DNA of 64,000 bases from Fonticula alba ATCC 38817 (Eukaryota > Protista > Nucleariida), in the NCBI GenBank assembly GCA_000388065.2, contig KB932204.1; one strand, 5' to 3'. Shown piece after piece: positions 13,886 to 26,568 of this stretch. Made by a program: the position numbers and the translations under genes. Within the stretch, counting starts at the first letter, position 1, and every line of letters begins with the position of its first letter. Under the pieces are notes generated by a model. The model saw only the letters and a list, made by a program, of their open reading frames with translations. It ran no database searches and was not told the DNA's origin.

Positions 13886-14515
13886 NNNNNNNNNNNNNNN
13901 NNNNNNNNNNNNNNNNNNNNNNNNNNNNNNNNNNNNNNNNNNNNNNNNNNNNNNNNNNNNNNNNNNNNNNNNNNNNNNNNNNNNNNNNNNNNNNNNNNNN
14001 NNNNNNNNNNNNNNNNNNNNNNNNNNNNNNNNNNNNNNNNNNNNNNNNNNNNNNNNNNNNNNNNNNNNNNNNNNNNNNNNNNNNNNNNNNNNNNNNNNNN
14101 NNNNNNNNNNNNNNNNNNNNNNNNNNNNNNNNNNNNNNNNNNNNNNNNNNNNNNNNNNNNNNNNNNNNNNNNNNNNNNNNNNNNNNNNNNNNNNNNNNNN
14201 NNNNNNNNNNNNNNNNNNNNNNNNNNNNNNNNNNNNNNNNNNNNNNNNNNNNNNNNNNNNNNNNNNNNNNNNNNNNNNNNNNNNNNNNNNNNNNNNNNNN
14301 NNNNNNNNNNNNNNNNNNNNNNNNNNNNNNNNNNNNNNNNNNNNNNNNNNNNNNNNNNNNNNNNNNNNNNNNNNNNNNNNNNNNNNNNNNNNNNNNNNNN
14401 NNNNNNNNNNNNNNNNNNNNNNNNNNNNNNNNNNNNNNNNNNNNNNNNNNNNNNNNNNNNNNNNNNNNNNNNNNNNNNNNNNNNNNNNNNNNNNNNNNNN
14501 NNNNNNNNNNNNNNG
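13886..14515. other. Assembly gap. Other large gaps: 23959-24064, 25407-25742, 32802-33252, 34022-34504, 51279-51443. Short ~10-N gaps at 29091, 45438, 49832, 54741 and 56569
   Basis: Runs of N. Confidence 0.99.
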
Positions 14516-15499
14516 GAGCGAAGAACGCTCGCATGCGCGGGCCTGGTGGCCAGTGGTGCTTTGGGGCGCGGGGGAGGGGTACGGGGGGACGCCATCGCCC
14601 GCCAAGGGGAAGCCCCCTGTCTGGACCCGACCCCTGAGACGCGTCGCTGGCCCCACGGTGCACCTGCTTTTTTTCCCTGTGAGAATCCACCACGCGCACA
14701 CTCGCACACACAATGCAAGCACACGGCCCCGCCCTGCCCCACTCCGGGCCGGCCGCTGTTTCGACCTGGTGCGAGGGACGCATGCGAACGGCGGTTGACC
14801 GCCGGCGTTCGACCCGGGCTGGGCCGGCCTGCCTGGCCGCCCCCCCCCCCCGAGGCCGGTCCGCTGAATACGCCCCCTTCAACAGCCAGCCAGGCGGTCA
14901 GCCGGCCCGCGGGAACGCGCGTCGCTGCCAGGGAGGTATTCCCCCGCCCCCCCCGCCCCCCCGCCGACACGACGCCCCGCTCGGGTCTCATCAATGCCCG
15001 CTGGCAGGACGGAAAGAAGGATGAGCCAACACCAGAGCCCCCCCCCCCCCTGCAGCCTGGATCCTTACGCTCACGCGCAGGATGCATCCTCACACAAGTC
15101 CGACGAGGTGACAACGCTCGATCACAGGAATGTATGGCCCTGATTTCCCGACCAATGTGCCACGGGCTTCTTTCCATGTTGGGCGTCCGCCCGCGACACC
15201 CACAACACCGGTGGCAGCGTCCTCGGCATGCGGCTGGGCCTCTTGCCCTCCGGGCTTTGCCCGTGTGCCGCGACACGCATGGCTGGCCGGCAGGACCCCC
15301 GAATGTGCTGAAAGAGATGCAAAGGGCTTGGTCGCGCCCTCAGGGCGCAAGCGCGCGGGCACGGCCGGGTGCATGGACAAACACGCATATGGCAGGGTAT
15401 ATGTGTATGGATGGAGGGAGGGAGGGAGCAGGAGGGGGGGGGCAGGGGCAGGGGCAGGGGCAACAAGGAGGAGAGGAAGAGCGAACCAGAAGCTGGGGC

Positions 15500-16897
15500 T
15501 TAGGCCCAGGCGCGCTGGAGCGCACGTCGGGCCGACGCTCGCGACAAGACCACATTCACCAGCACCAGGGCCAGGACGGTGATGGCCACGGTGGACTTGC
15601 TGAAGGGACCGCCCCCCTCGCCGGACAGGGTGTCGAAGGGCTGAACCGGACTCAGTCGAGCCGTGACGAAGAGGTCCAGTCCGCCGAGGACCGCCACGAT
15701 GCTGGTGGACTCGAGCTGCGTCCCGACCGAGGTGCAGGCGTGCGGCCGCGGCACCGCGTGGTTCAGCGAAATCCGGTGGTGCTCATCCCGCAGCGAGAGC
15801 AGCGTCGGTGGCCGGGGACCGGACGCCGCTGCCGGGGCCGTGGTGTCGGCGCCGGCGGTGCCGGCGGTGCCCAGCCGCGGAGACAGCGTCCGCCGCGACA
15901 GCGACAGGACAAACCCCTGGGGCAGGGCAACTGCCGATTGAGGTGCACGTACGTGACGAAATCCGCCGGGCGGTTATGGGAGGGGCGCGAGAGAGAGAGA
16001 GAGAGAGAGTGTGTATGTGTGTGTGAGAGAGAGAGAGTTGATCGGAGGCCAGCTGCTGGGAAATGCCCAGGCCCCAGGGGAGAAGGAGGGGAGGGAGAGA
16101 GCGCCACTCGTGACGCACAGACAATTTGGCGGTTGGTGATTCCGTGACGCGTGACCGAGGAGGCCAGCTGCAGCGCCTCCCCATCACCAACGCCAGCCGG
16201 GGAGAAGGCGTATGGCAGGAGGAAGGAGTGTTCCTCGGCGTGCGGCAGGATGCCCTCGAGGCCGGTGGTCGGGTCACCACGGGCATTGCGCGTCGACGAT
16301 TCAAAGAACTCCAGGACATCCACCTTGATGAGCCCCTCGGAGCGAGGGTGCTGATCGATGGCTGGCTCGCCGCCCGGCGCCGCTGAATACGTCAAAATGA
16401 GCCAGTTCTCTCGGAGGAGAGCCTGAACGGAGGAGGCACTGCAGTTGGGGCAAGGGCAGGGGAGGGGGGGGGGGAGGGGGAAGGCGCATAACCGTGCAAG
16501 CAGCAAGCCCGAACCGGGCGAGAGGAGCCCCCCGAGGGGAGGGCGGGGACCAGGAAGCAGGGTCAACATCGGGGCCGGGGCCCATATGGAAAGGCGTGAC
16601 AACAGGGTGGCCGGCTGCCAGGCGCACCTGGCAGAACGTTCGCGCTTTTGGTAGAAGACTTGGCGCCCGGAAAAGGCGTCCACCAGCCGCACGCAAAGGA
16701 CACCCGACGCATCGCGCGAGACAATGGCCACGGCGGTCGGGTTCAGATATTTGTAGAGGACATTGCGATCGGGCAGGATGCGGCCAATGGAGGCAGGCAT
16801 ATCTGAGGAGAGTAGCGAGGGGGGAGGGAAGTAGAGGCGGAAAAAGGCGGGGTCCGCCAGAGAGGGGACACCAGGATGGGGAGGAGTGTGTGTGTGT

Positions 16898-16931
<34 letters not shown>

Positions 16932-17437
16932 AAGAGAATGAGTGAGTGAGTATGTGGTAAAGCCCCGCCAGGAGGGCGGCTTGGGCCGGTACGTACCCCC
17001 GGGCGAATGGGCCGCCACGGTGACCAGCGTCTCGCGATCGTCCGTCAGCTTATGGCGCCATAGCTGTGCCGGCCGGTCCAACGGCCCGCCCATGGCCGGG
17101 CAGCGGAGACCATAGCCGGTCACGGTATTGGCATCATGGTCCGCCAGGAAAAAACGATGCTCCAAGTCGGGACCTTGTCCCCCGGCGACCAAGGGCCGGC
17201 CGGCTGGCGCCGTCATGGCCGACGCAGCTCCAGGGGCCACGAGCAGCCATTCGGCCTGGCGGCTGGCGCCGGCCTCGGCCACCGCCAGCAGGGGGTTCGT
17301 CATGATGTGGACCGGCACAAAGGGACTGCAAAGAAACGCGGCGAAAGCGGAGGCGCAAATGCCCAGTAAGAAGGTCGGTCGGGCGGGGAGCAGGCGAGGA
17401 GGATAGGCAAAGAGAGTGGAGGATCTTGTATGCATGC

Positions 17438-17503
<66 letters not shown>

Positions 17504-17923
17504 AGGTCGAATGGAGAAAAGGGATTGTCGCACATGATCTCGCCCGGGCCGGCCAATGCGCCAGTGGACAAGCTAATCCTCTGCAAGAGGCCCAGATCCT
17601 CGGCCCGATCGGCAACCGAGCACCGGAGGAAGATCGTGGCCTCGTCGGCTTGCTGGTGCGTGGCACGCAGGTCTTCGGGCACGCAGGACAGCTGACTGGT
17701 CGAATCCAGGCCCGGAGGGAGTCGGCCATCGGCGGCCAGGTGCCCAGCCGGGCCGGCCAGAGGAAGGGATCCCTGCCATAGCAGTGACCCATCGGAGGAG
17801 GCCAGGCCGAAGATCCTCCCATATGCATTCAGGATAACCAAGAGCTTGTGCACGCCAAGCGGATCGGCCTGTCGGTGGGCGATGGCGCGAGAGGTTGCAC
17901 GAGTGTATGTGTGTGGGGGGGGC

Positions 17924-17954
<31 letters not shown>

Positions 17955-19743
17955 AATAAAAGGCAGCCCGGCAACATGGCAGGGGCGGGTCGGATGTCAG
18001 GCGCCCGGGAAATGGCGAGCAGCGGAGGAGCAAGGAGAAGGGGCGGGAGGGTCGGGGATACAGGTCTGAGTCAATTGCGAAATTCACCCGGTCGGACAGG
18101 GAGAGACAGAGAGAGAGGGAGAGAAGGAAGAAGGAAGAAGGAGGAGGGAGAGGGAGGGGGGGGGGGGGGGAAGGGGGAGGACACGGCCGCATGGAGAACA
18201 CACACCTTCAGCTGGGTCTCAGGCAGGGTGACGCCAAGGCCGGCCGCCTGCCGGAAGAGGGCCGCCAGGCCGCGGATGTCGCTGGCCCAGCGTGTGAGAA
18301 TGGCTCGAGTCACCCCGGCGAGACCGCCCGACGCGGGCGCATGGACGTCAGCCCGATGGGGGGCGTCCACGGTACCGGACGCCCCGGGCATATCCAGCAG
18401 CATGTGCGACACCGGAGCCATGACCAGGCCCTCGGCCCGAGACCAAGTGAGCCCATGCAGGTTGGCAATACAAGCTGCGTGGCCGATGGCCTCGGTGACA
18501 TCGGGACCGGCGATGTTCGGCCGGTGGAAGTAGGCCAGGGTCCCGTCGACATGCTGAAGCAGCAGCGACCGGTCGACCGCCGGGTCTTGCCAGAACTGAC
18601 GATGACAAGTGGGTCACCATGAAGAGGACGAGGGTGAGAGAGAGAGAGAGAGACAGAGAGACAGAGAGGCAGGGAGGGAGGAGGAAAAAAGGGCCAGAGG
18701 GCGGGGATGAGTGCGTATCAGCGCGCATGGGCGGACACATGGACGCACTTGGCGAATGGCACCCGGCGAGTGGCCCGGAATGTGAATGATGTTGGGGACA
18801 CCGGCGCAGGGGGTGGCCTCAGTCACAAGGTCCCCATCGATGAGGTCCAAGCCGCCGGCCAACGAGTGATCGGTGGCGGTGGGGGATTCGAGGGGGACTT
18901 GGCTGCAGGGGGTCACACTCACGGTGCCCACCTCGACGTCGATGGCAAAGCACTGGGCATCCTGCGGGCGCGATACCCACAGGGTCTGGCCAACCTGGCG
19001 CAAGGTGGCCTTGGTGCTGGCTGGCGGCAAGTCCAGCTCCAGGTCCAGCAGGGGGCGTGACGCGGCGACCACCCCGTCGCTGGTGCGGTGCGCCCGCCAG
19101 ACGAGGCGCCCGGCGCCGGCCGGCTCCGATACCGTGGCCACGAAGGAGCCCTCCTCGGCGGTGAGCTCATTGCTGGCAGATCGGCGAAGGACCCGCGCCG
19201 TGTGTAGCGCAACGACATGCTCCGACGTGTCAAGCACATGTCGCCAAACTGCGAGAGTGAGGAGGTCAGCGTGCGCGCGGGCGCAGTCGGGGGGGGGGGG
19301 GGGGGGGAGAGGGAGAGAGAGAGAGAGAGAGGGAGGGAGAGAGAGAAGCGAGAGACGCCACGCTGGGGCTTGGGCACAGCAGCGAAACAAAAGGAGTGTC
19401 TATGGAGGGAACGAACGGATAGCCGGGGAGTCGGTGGCGCGTGGCAGGGCGGCGACCACGCCGCCGGTCGAGGCGACCACCAACGAGTGCGGTGTGAATG
19501 TCGCGAAGTCAACGCGACCCACAAATGACCGGGCCCTGGTGTGGCGGAGGGGAGTGTCAGTAAGAGGGGGAGGGAGGTCCGAGGGAGGGCAGTGCCAGGG
19601 CGGGGCAAGTGTGTGTGCGTGTGTGTGGCGTACCATTCAAAGCGCCCGGCTTGGTCCTCGAAGACAACTCCCCGCACGAAGCTGCCGGCGAGAAGGCCGA
19701 ACAACAGCAGACCGGACAGGAGCCCCGGCAGGCGTCGGGCCAT
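15500..19743 (-). CDS. EMC1: ER membrane protein complex subunit 1, multi-exon
   Basis: Signal peptide MARRLPGLLSGLLLFGLLAG followed by VFEDQAGRFEW. Conserved GRILPDRNVLYKYLNP, SVTRHGITNRQI and LESTSIVAVLGGLDLF..SP..PFDTL. C-terminal TM helix then RRALQRAWA*. Confidence 0.93.
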
Positions 19744-20191
19744 GGTGGGCTCTCTTTCACAGGGCAGGGGGCCGAGGCGGGGAAGGAAGGGAGGCGAGAG
19801 AGGATTGGCCGTGGTGGTATATAGGGGGTGGTTGGCTGGTTGTGTGGGGGGGGGGGGCGGGAGACGGTCGGGTAACCGAGGAGGGGTGATCGAGGTGTTG
19901 GGCGTCCCTGAGGACGTGAGTGTCAGAGGATGGATTCAAAAAAAAAGCCCTCACCCCAAGCAGCCGACGGAAGGACGGGACCCGGGCGCTCCTCCTGCCC
20001 GATCTCAAAGGGGTGCCCATCCTCCCTCACTCTCTCCCTCACTCTCTCTCTCTCTCTCTCTCTCTTTGTCTGTCTGCCTGCCTGCCCGCCCGCCCACCCG
20101 CCTGCCCCTCCGCCCCTTTGTCCATCGCCTTGGCTCGCTTTTGGTTCTCCTACATCAAGGTGGTTTATTGGGGGAGCATGCGTTGGCAGAT

Positions 20192-20948
20192 CTAATCTGT
20201 CCGCGCCTTCTTCGGCGAACGGTCGTCAGACTGTGGGGTATCGCGCGCGGCCGTCGATAGGCGGCGGCCGCGGCGGCGGCGGCGACACGCGAGCACATGC
20301 ACACGACAAAGCCAAAAAACACACCACCGGGGAAGGCGCGCAAGTCCCGAACACAGGGAGGAGTCGGAAAAGCGCCGGCCAAGGGCAGCGGAGGAGGGTC
20401 AGAGGATGTGGCAGGCTCAGGTGCGGGAAGCCCTGGCCAGTGCGCGGCCAGGGGTGGCGGCGGCAAGCGGAGAGAAAGGTGTACGAACCGCACCACTGGC
20501 CGAGTCCTGCTCGGCCTCGAGCTCCTTGACAAGGCGCGCCTCCTCGGCGATGTCCTTCGGGTCGATGCCCTCCATGGCTTCCTGGTCATCGAAGGCATCC
20601 TCATCGGCCGGCGCGGCGGCCGCGGCCGCGGCCGCGGCGGCTTCTTTCTGCCGCTCGGCCTCGGCAATGGCGTCCGTCAGCAGCTGGTTGACATCTGGGC
20701 AATGGGTGAGGGGTCAGAAACGGCGGCGGCCCAATCGGAGGAGCAGGAGAAGGAGGTGTCCAGAAAGCGGGCGAAATGTGCCGCGCCCCAGAGGCCATAC
20801 CGGTACGGAACCCCGGGAGGGCGGCCAGCAGGGCATCCAATGAGGAGGGCCCATCCGGTGCCGACAGGGGGGTCATCACCTCCTGCGCGGTGCCATCATA
20901 CAGAGCGGCCGAGGTGAAGCGCGAGCTGAGCTGTGGAGTGTTGGACAT
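20192..20948 (-). CDS. GON7: Small acidic protein (130 aa, 3 exons), probable KEOPS/EKC subunit GON7 (C14orf142-like)
   Basis: Exons 20948-20801, 20694-20489 and 20230-20192 are in phase. Protein: MSNTPQLSSRFTSAALYDGTAQEVMTPLSAPDGPSSLDALLAALPGFRTDVNQLLTDAIAEAERQKEAAAAAAAAAAPADEDAFDDQE...SDDRSPKKARTD*. From recall, it resembles yeast Gon7 (L..L..DIN.FLT) and human GON7 (AAAPDED, terminal SAKRPKT). Not verified by search. Confidence 0.55.
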
Positions 20949-21833
20949 CAGGGAGCGTCTGTGGTGGGGGGGGGGGGAATGGGCGTGCAAGGGGGCAGGG
21001 GGTAGGGAGAGGGGGGAGAGGGGGGAAGAGGGGAAGTGTCTTGTTTTGGGGGGGGGGGGGAGATCTGGCGAGCGCCTTGGGCTGCCGCTCGAGGGGGGAC
21101 GGGGCCGGGCAGGCCCGTGGCCCTTGGAGCAGGGGGCGATGGGGACCCGGAGATGCCAGCGCCGGGGCATGATTAGCGCGTGATCCGGGACCCGCAAGAA
21201 GGAGATGGCCCACGCCTCGCCTTGTGATGCTTGGCATCCCGGTGGAGCCGAATCACATGCCCTCGGCATTCCTTCCCTGCCGAGTCCCATGCACGCACGC
21301 GCGGGCAAACTGAGCGGCGCCGGAGCTCGGGCCGAGGACCACCGCCGAGGAGCATGGCTGGTGGTATGCAAGAAAGGAAAACCAGATGTTTCTATTCATA
21401 TGGATATTGAGCTACCCACAAGAGGACATGCTGGCCGCCTCCCCCCCCCGGCCGCCTCCGGCCGCCAAGGTGACCCTGCGACGGAGGAAACCATGGGCCA
21501 GCGCGAGCCTTGTCAACACTTTGCACGCCGGTCCTGCGCCGCGTGCGTCTCTTCACCGACCAGTCGACCGGTGCGTTCCAGAAGGAGCTGGCCTCAGCGG
21601 GCCGTGTGTGCACCAGGGGCATCTCTGGCCGGGTTGGTCGGGGGGGGGGGGGGGGCGGGATGTAGCGGGCGTGGTCTACCCGCGACCCGCAGGTGGGGTC
21701 TCGCACGCGTGGAGCGTCGGTCGACGGGGCGGCGTGGCTGGCGAGACGCCCGGTGTTTGGTCTGGGTTATGGCGTGCACCGGGGGGGCTCTCACGCCGGA
21801 GCAAAGTGGCTGGGTCATATGCTGAGCGGGCAT

Positions 21834-23958
21834 GCCAGATGTTCCACCGCGAGTGCAGCGCAGAATGTGTGTGTGTGTGTGTGTGGGTGGGTGGGTGTGG
21901 TGAAGGGGCCCCCCCCCCTGCCGCCTTGTTTCCGCCCGGCCCTGGCCCGGCCCTGCTGAAACAGACCAGGTGCTATCCGGCGGAAGGCCGCCCAAACCCC
22001 ACCCCATTGGCCGGCCCCAGGGAGGGGGGATGGGTGTGTTTTTTTCGGAGGCCGGAGGCTGCTGTCCGTGCCTGCCGGCTTCAGGCAACAATATTGTCGA
22101 CACCTCCCTGCAGGACGTCACAGGCGGCACCTTGGCCCGCCCTCAGCCCCCGGTGCCGTTTTTCACGTACGACTGGAGGGGGCCGACGCGCGAGAGGGCG
22201 CAGCCGGCGGCGGCGGCGGCGGGCCCCAGCCAGGTCTGTGGTAGCCGAGTTGTCCTCCGGGCGCGGGGGAAAAACATCTCCCCGCCCGAGGCCAGCCGCC
22301 GGGGGGTCGGACGACCGGGGCCGAGAGGGGAGCCCCGGCGAGGGGGTGAGGGGGGCGGCGGGGGGGTGGGGAAGCCGCAGGAACATCCCGAGGCCCAGGA
22401 GGCCCCCGGGCGGCCCACGTAGTCAACACCCGGGCCAAGTTGCTGGCCAGTCGCCCCTCCTGCCTTGCCCCCCCCCCCCCCCCCCCCCGGGGGGGCAACG
22501 GGGCCATGATTCCCGGTCGGCCGGCCATGCTTCCGGCGATGAGCAACGCGAGACTGGGCTTGCATCTCTTGTTGCGCCGTGCCGGTCCCCCCCCCCCCCT
22601 CGCCCGCCCCCTCCCCGGACCAGACCGTCCGCCTCATGTGCGGGCGTCGCGACTGGCCGGGTTTTTTTTCTCGCCTTTTCCCTCTGGCGCGGGGAGGGGG
22701 CGGGGGGGGCGCGCTGCGCAAGCGCGGCATCGCCAGCCCGACGGGCTCCTTCATGTGGATCTGGACACTTGATGATGCCTTGCTCGGCCCAGCGCCGCGG
22801 TGAGTCCTCGGCACGGAAATTAAATGCCCGCCCTCGCAGGCCTGGCCAGGCGCGCATGCCCGGGGGCTGAACCCCCCTCTCCCCATCGTGTGTCTGACGC
22901 CCGGTGCCCCTTCATCCCCTTCCGCGGTCTGTCCCCTGTCCGGCCGGGGGGGGGGGGGGGGCGCCGGCAGCTCGCGCGGCGGGGCAACGCGCGCGCCCCC
23001 CGGGCGGCCGGAGGCGTCTCCGGGGATTCGACCGGCTCCCGGGCCCGGGGGCCTGAAGGTTGGAGGTTGCCCTGGCCCAGGGCGCCCCGGGGGCGGGCCA
23101 CCAGGCCACATCGGCATCCGTGCATCGGCGTCCGATGAGCGAGGGGCATGTGCCTGCCACCACGGGGCAGACCAGGCGCCAGGGCGCAAGGTGGCGTTGG
23201 CGTTGTGGAAGTTAATACCCCGGGGAGGGGGATGTCTCCCTGTATGTATGTGTGTGTGTGTGTGTGTGTGTGCGTGTGTGTGTGCACGCGCGTTCCGGCG
23301 AGGAGTGGGGGGCTTCCCCGCCCGGCGGTCGGGTCTCCCTCCCCCGGCCGCCCAGGAGGGGCGGCCATGCTCGCCCTCAACGTGGGGCGGCTGGCTGGCC
23401 CGTGCGGGGACACGTTTTTCGCCCCGCCCCTGCCCTTGGGGGGATAGGCAAGGGGGCACAGTGACCCGACAGGAGGCAGCTAGGGGCACGCCACATCGAG
23501 GGCACACGGGCAGCATGGCCCGGGCGCCGGGCCGTCTCGCCTCTGCCGAGGGCCCGGCGTGCGTGGCCCGGTCGTCGCCCTCGGGGGTGTCGCGCCAGGC
23601 TGCTTGACCGCCGGCCCCCCCCCCCCCCTCTGGGGCAGGGGCACAGACGCCCGCGAGCCCGGCAGCTCCGGGGCACGGACAGACCTGACTCTCCGCCAGG
23701 GGATTGGGAGGGGCGCCTCGTCATTCTCGTCAGGGAGCCGGGAAGCTCCCACCCGGCAGGGCTTCCCATGGGCCTGGGGATGAGGCTGCGAGTGTTTGTG
23801 CATGCCTGGCCACCCCCGGCACGCGGGAGTACTTTTGCATGGGTCCCTGAGGGGCCAGATGTTCCACCGCGAGTGCAGCGCAGAATGTGTGTGTGTGTGT
23901 GTGTGGGTGGGTGGGTGTGGTGAAGGGCCCCCCCCCCTGCCGCCTTGTTTCCGCCCGG
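21834..23958. repeat. ~105-bp dispersed direct repeat (21834-21939 and 23854-23958)
   Basis: GCCAGATGTTCCACCGCGAGTGCAGCGCAGAATGTGTG...TTTCCGCCCGG occurs twice and differs only in homopolymer length. The second copy abuts an N gap. Confidence 0.9.
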
Positions 23959-24220
23959 NNNNNNNNNNNNNNNNNNNNNNNNNNNNNNNNNNNNNNNNNN
24001 NNNNNNNNNNNNNNNNNNNNNNNNNNNNNNNNNNNNNNNNNNNNNNNNNNNNNNNNNNNNNNNNGGGGGGGGGGGGGGGGGTGGATGTGTGCGCGCGCAC
24101 AGCCCCCTGACAGGCTCCCTTTGGCGTGGGCGGGTGAGGGGCGCGGCGCGGGGCACGGAGCATTCGGGGGCGTCCAAGCGTCATCCCCTCCGCCGATCCC
24201 CAGCCGCGAGGGCCATCGCC

Positions 24221-24390
24221 GGGGGGGGGGGAGGGGGCGGGCGGCGGTGAAATCGCGTTCGCGGCTGCGGCGCGGCCTTGTCTTAACCATGAGCTGCGGG
24301 GGGGGGGGGGGAGGGGGCGGGCGGCGGTGAAATCGCGTTCGCGGCTGCGGCGCGGCCTTGTCTTAACCATGAGCTGCGGGGGGGGGGGGG
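24221..24390. repeat. 80-bp tandem duplication (2 copies)
   Basis: G-run+GAGGGGGCGGGCGGCGGTGAAATCGCGTTCGCGGCTGCGGCGCGGCCTTGTCTTAACCATGAGCTGC repeats with period 80 (compare 24241 and 24321). Confidence 0.9.
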
Positions 24391-26568
24391 GGTGCGTCCA
24401 TTATGCATGTCTCTCCTCATTGGTGCCTGCTGCGTGTGCTGCGTCTGCTGCGTTGCCGAGCCGGCCGAGAGCCCCGGCCGAGGGCGTCGGGAGGCTGGCT
24501 CCTCGGGCCTCGGGCCCTCCCCACGTATGGTCCGTCGGCCGGGGGTGCCCAACCCACGGTTTTGCCAGGGCGCCCGAGGGTGTCCCTCCCCTGGCGGCGG
24601 CTCGGCCCCTGCTCTGGTGAGACCCATGGCTGTGCGGTGTGCGCGAGTGCACGTACGTGTGAATTTGCATTGTAAGCAGGTGTGTCGCCGTATGCCGTGC
24701 CGGGCCAACACCGCCTCCGCCCGAGGGGTGGTCTCCGGGTGCGCGTGCGTGCATACGTGTGTGTGTGCATGCACGCTCGAGTGTTCGGGCGCGCCGGCGC
24801 AAACATTCACGCGGACCTCCCCTCGGCTGGGCCGGCCCTCGCCCACTTCCTGCCGGCTCCAGGCGCCGCAGGGGGGGGGGGGGGTGCTCCTGGGCGCTCG
24901 TGCATGCGTCTGGGTGTGTCCGTGTGTGTGTGTGTGTATGTGGCCATGGGCGCTTGTGGGTGTGGGGTAATTTGCCCCCCCCCCCCGGATGTGGCGCCGA
25001 TCCCCCCCGGCCCCTGCCCCGACGCCGGCCCATATAAACAGACGCCGCGCCACGGCACGCCGGCTGGCCACGGCGCGCATGGGGCCCGGCCCGAATGCGC
25101 CCGGATCCGGTCCCTCATGTCCTGGCGTGTTGCCGGCACATGCTGGGCGACTTCGGGTGCGCGCGCGCGTGTGCATGTCTCGACTCGACCGCGATCCGAC
25201 CCGCGGAGAGGGGCGACTTCGCCCGGCGCTCGCGCTCGCACGCACGGTTGGCTCGGGCCCACGGGGCTGCGGCACAGCGAAGGGCCAAGGGGTTTCCGGT
25301 GCGTTTCACCTTCCCCGGCACCCTGAGAGACCGTGGCACTCCAGGCATTGTTGTTGTTGTTGTTGTTGTCCCCTGCTCGGGCTTCCAGGGAGGGGGGGGG
25401 GGGGGGNNNNNNNNNNNNNNNNNNNNNNNNNNNNNNNNNNNNNNNNNNNNNNNNNNNNNNNNNNNNNNNNNNNNNNNNNNNNNNNNNNNNNNNNNNNNNN
25501 NNNNNNNNNNNNNNNNNNNNNNNNNNNNNNNNNNNNNNNNNNNNNNNNNNNNNNNNNNNNNNNNNNNNNNNNNNNNNNNNNNNNNNNNNNNNNNNNNNNN
25601 NNNNNNNNNNNNNNNNNNNNNNNNNNNNNNNNNNNNNNNNNNNNNNNNNNNNNNNNNNNNNNNNNNNNNNNNNNNNNNNNNNNNNNNNNNNNNNNNNNNN
25701 NNNNNNNNNNNNNNNNNNNNNNNNNNNNNNNNNNNNNNNNNNCATGGGCAATTGCCCGGGCCCGGGGGGCTCCGGCCGCCCGCGGGCCGTTCCCCCCCCA
25801 GGCCGGTTGTCCGGATCTCGAAGCTCAGTCTGCCACACGACACCCGGCCTGCCCTTGGCATCGGCCGATCGCGCATTTCGCCCCCCCCCCCCCCCCCCGC
25901 CTCGGGCCGGTCCCCAACATCCCATATTATCGCCCTGCCGGCAGGGGGCGTTCGCAAACTGGAGGGACGACCGATGGGCACATGTGCGTGTGAGAGAGGA
26001 GGCCGATGGCCGGGAAAGAGCACACACCAGCCCAGCCAGCCCGAGGTGGAAGTGGGACTCATGCGAGCCGGGGTTTATTGGCCGGCGCGGTGCCAGGCCC
26101 CGGGCCCTCGGCCCGGGGAGGGGCGCCATACCCCCACGTCTCCCCCCTTGTCGCTCGTTCGCTTGCCCCCCCCCCCCCGCCCCTCCCTCTGCTTGCTCCC
26201 GCTCGTCGGCTCGATCCTCTGCGCACCTCTCTCCCCTTGCCCTTCTTGCCTTCGTCGGCCTGTGCCAGATCGCTCCCGGAGCCTGTCCCTGCCCGCCTCC
26301 CGCCGTTGCTCATGCTCACGGGAGCGTCTGCCACTGTCCGCCGCTGCCGTTGTGCCCGCCGCCGCTGCCACCGCACATCCCTTGTGCTGGACTGAAGACC
26401 CGGGTGCATCCCCCCCTCCCCCCTCTCCCGGGGTCTCTTTTTACCCTCACACCCACCCACATAGACACCTGCACGGACAAGTGTACACCGGCGTCCACGT
26501 GCAACGGAACACATACGCCCACCCACCCACCCACCCACCGACCCACCCACCCACCCACACACACACCC

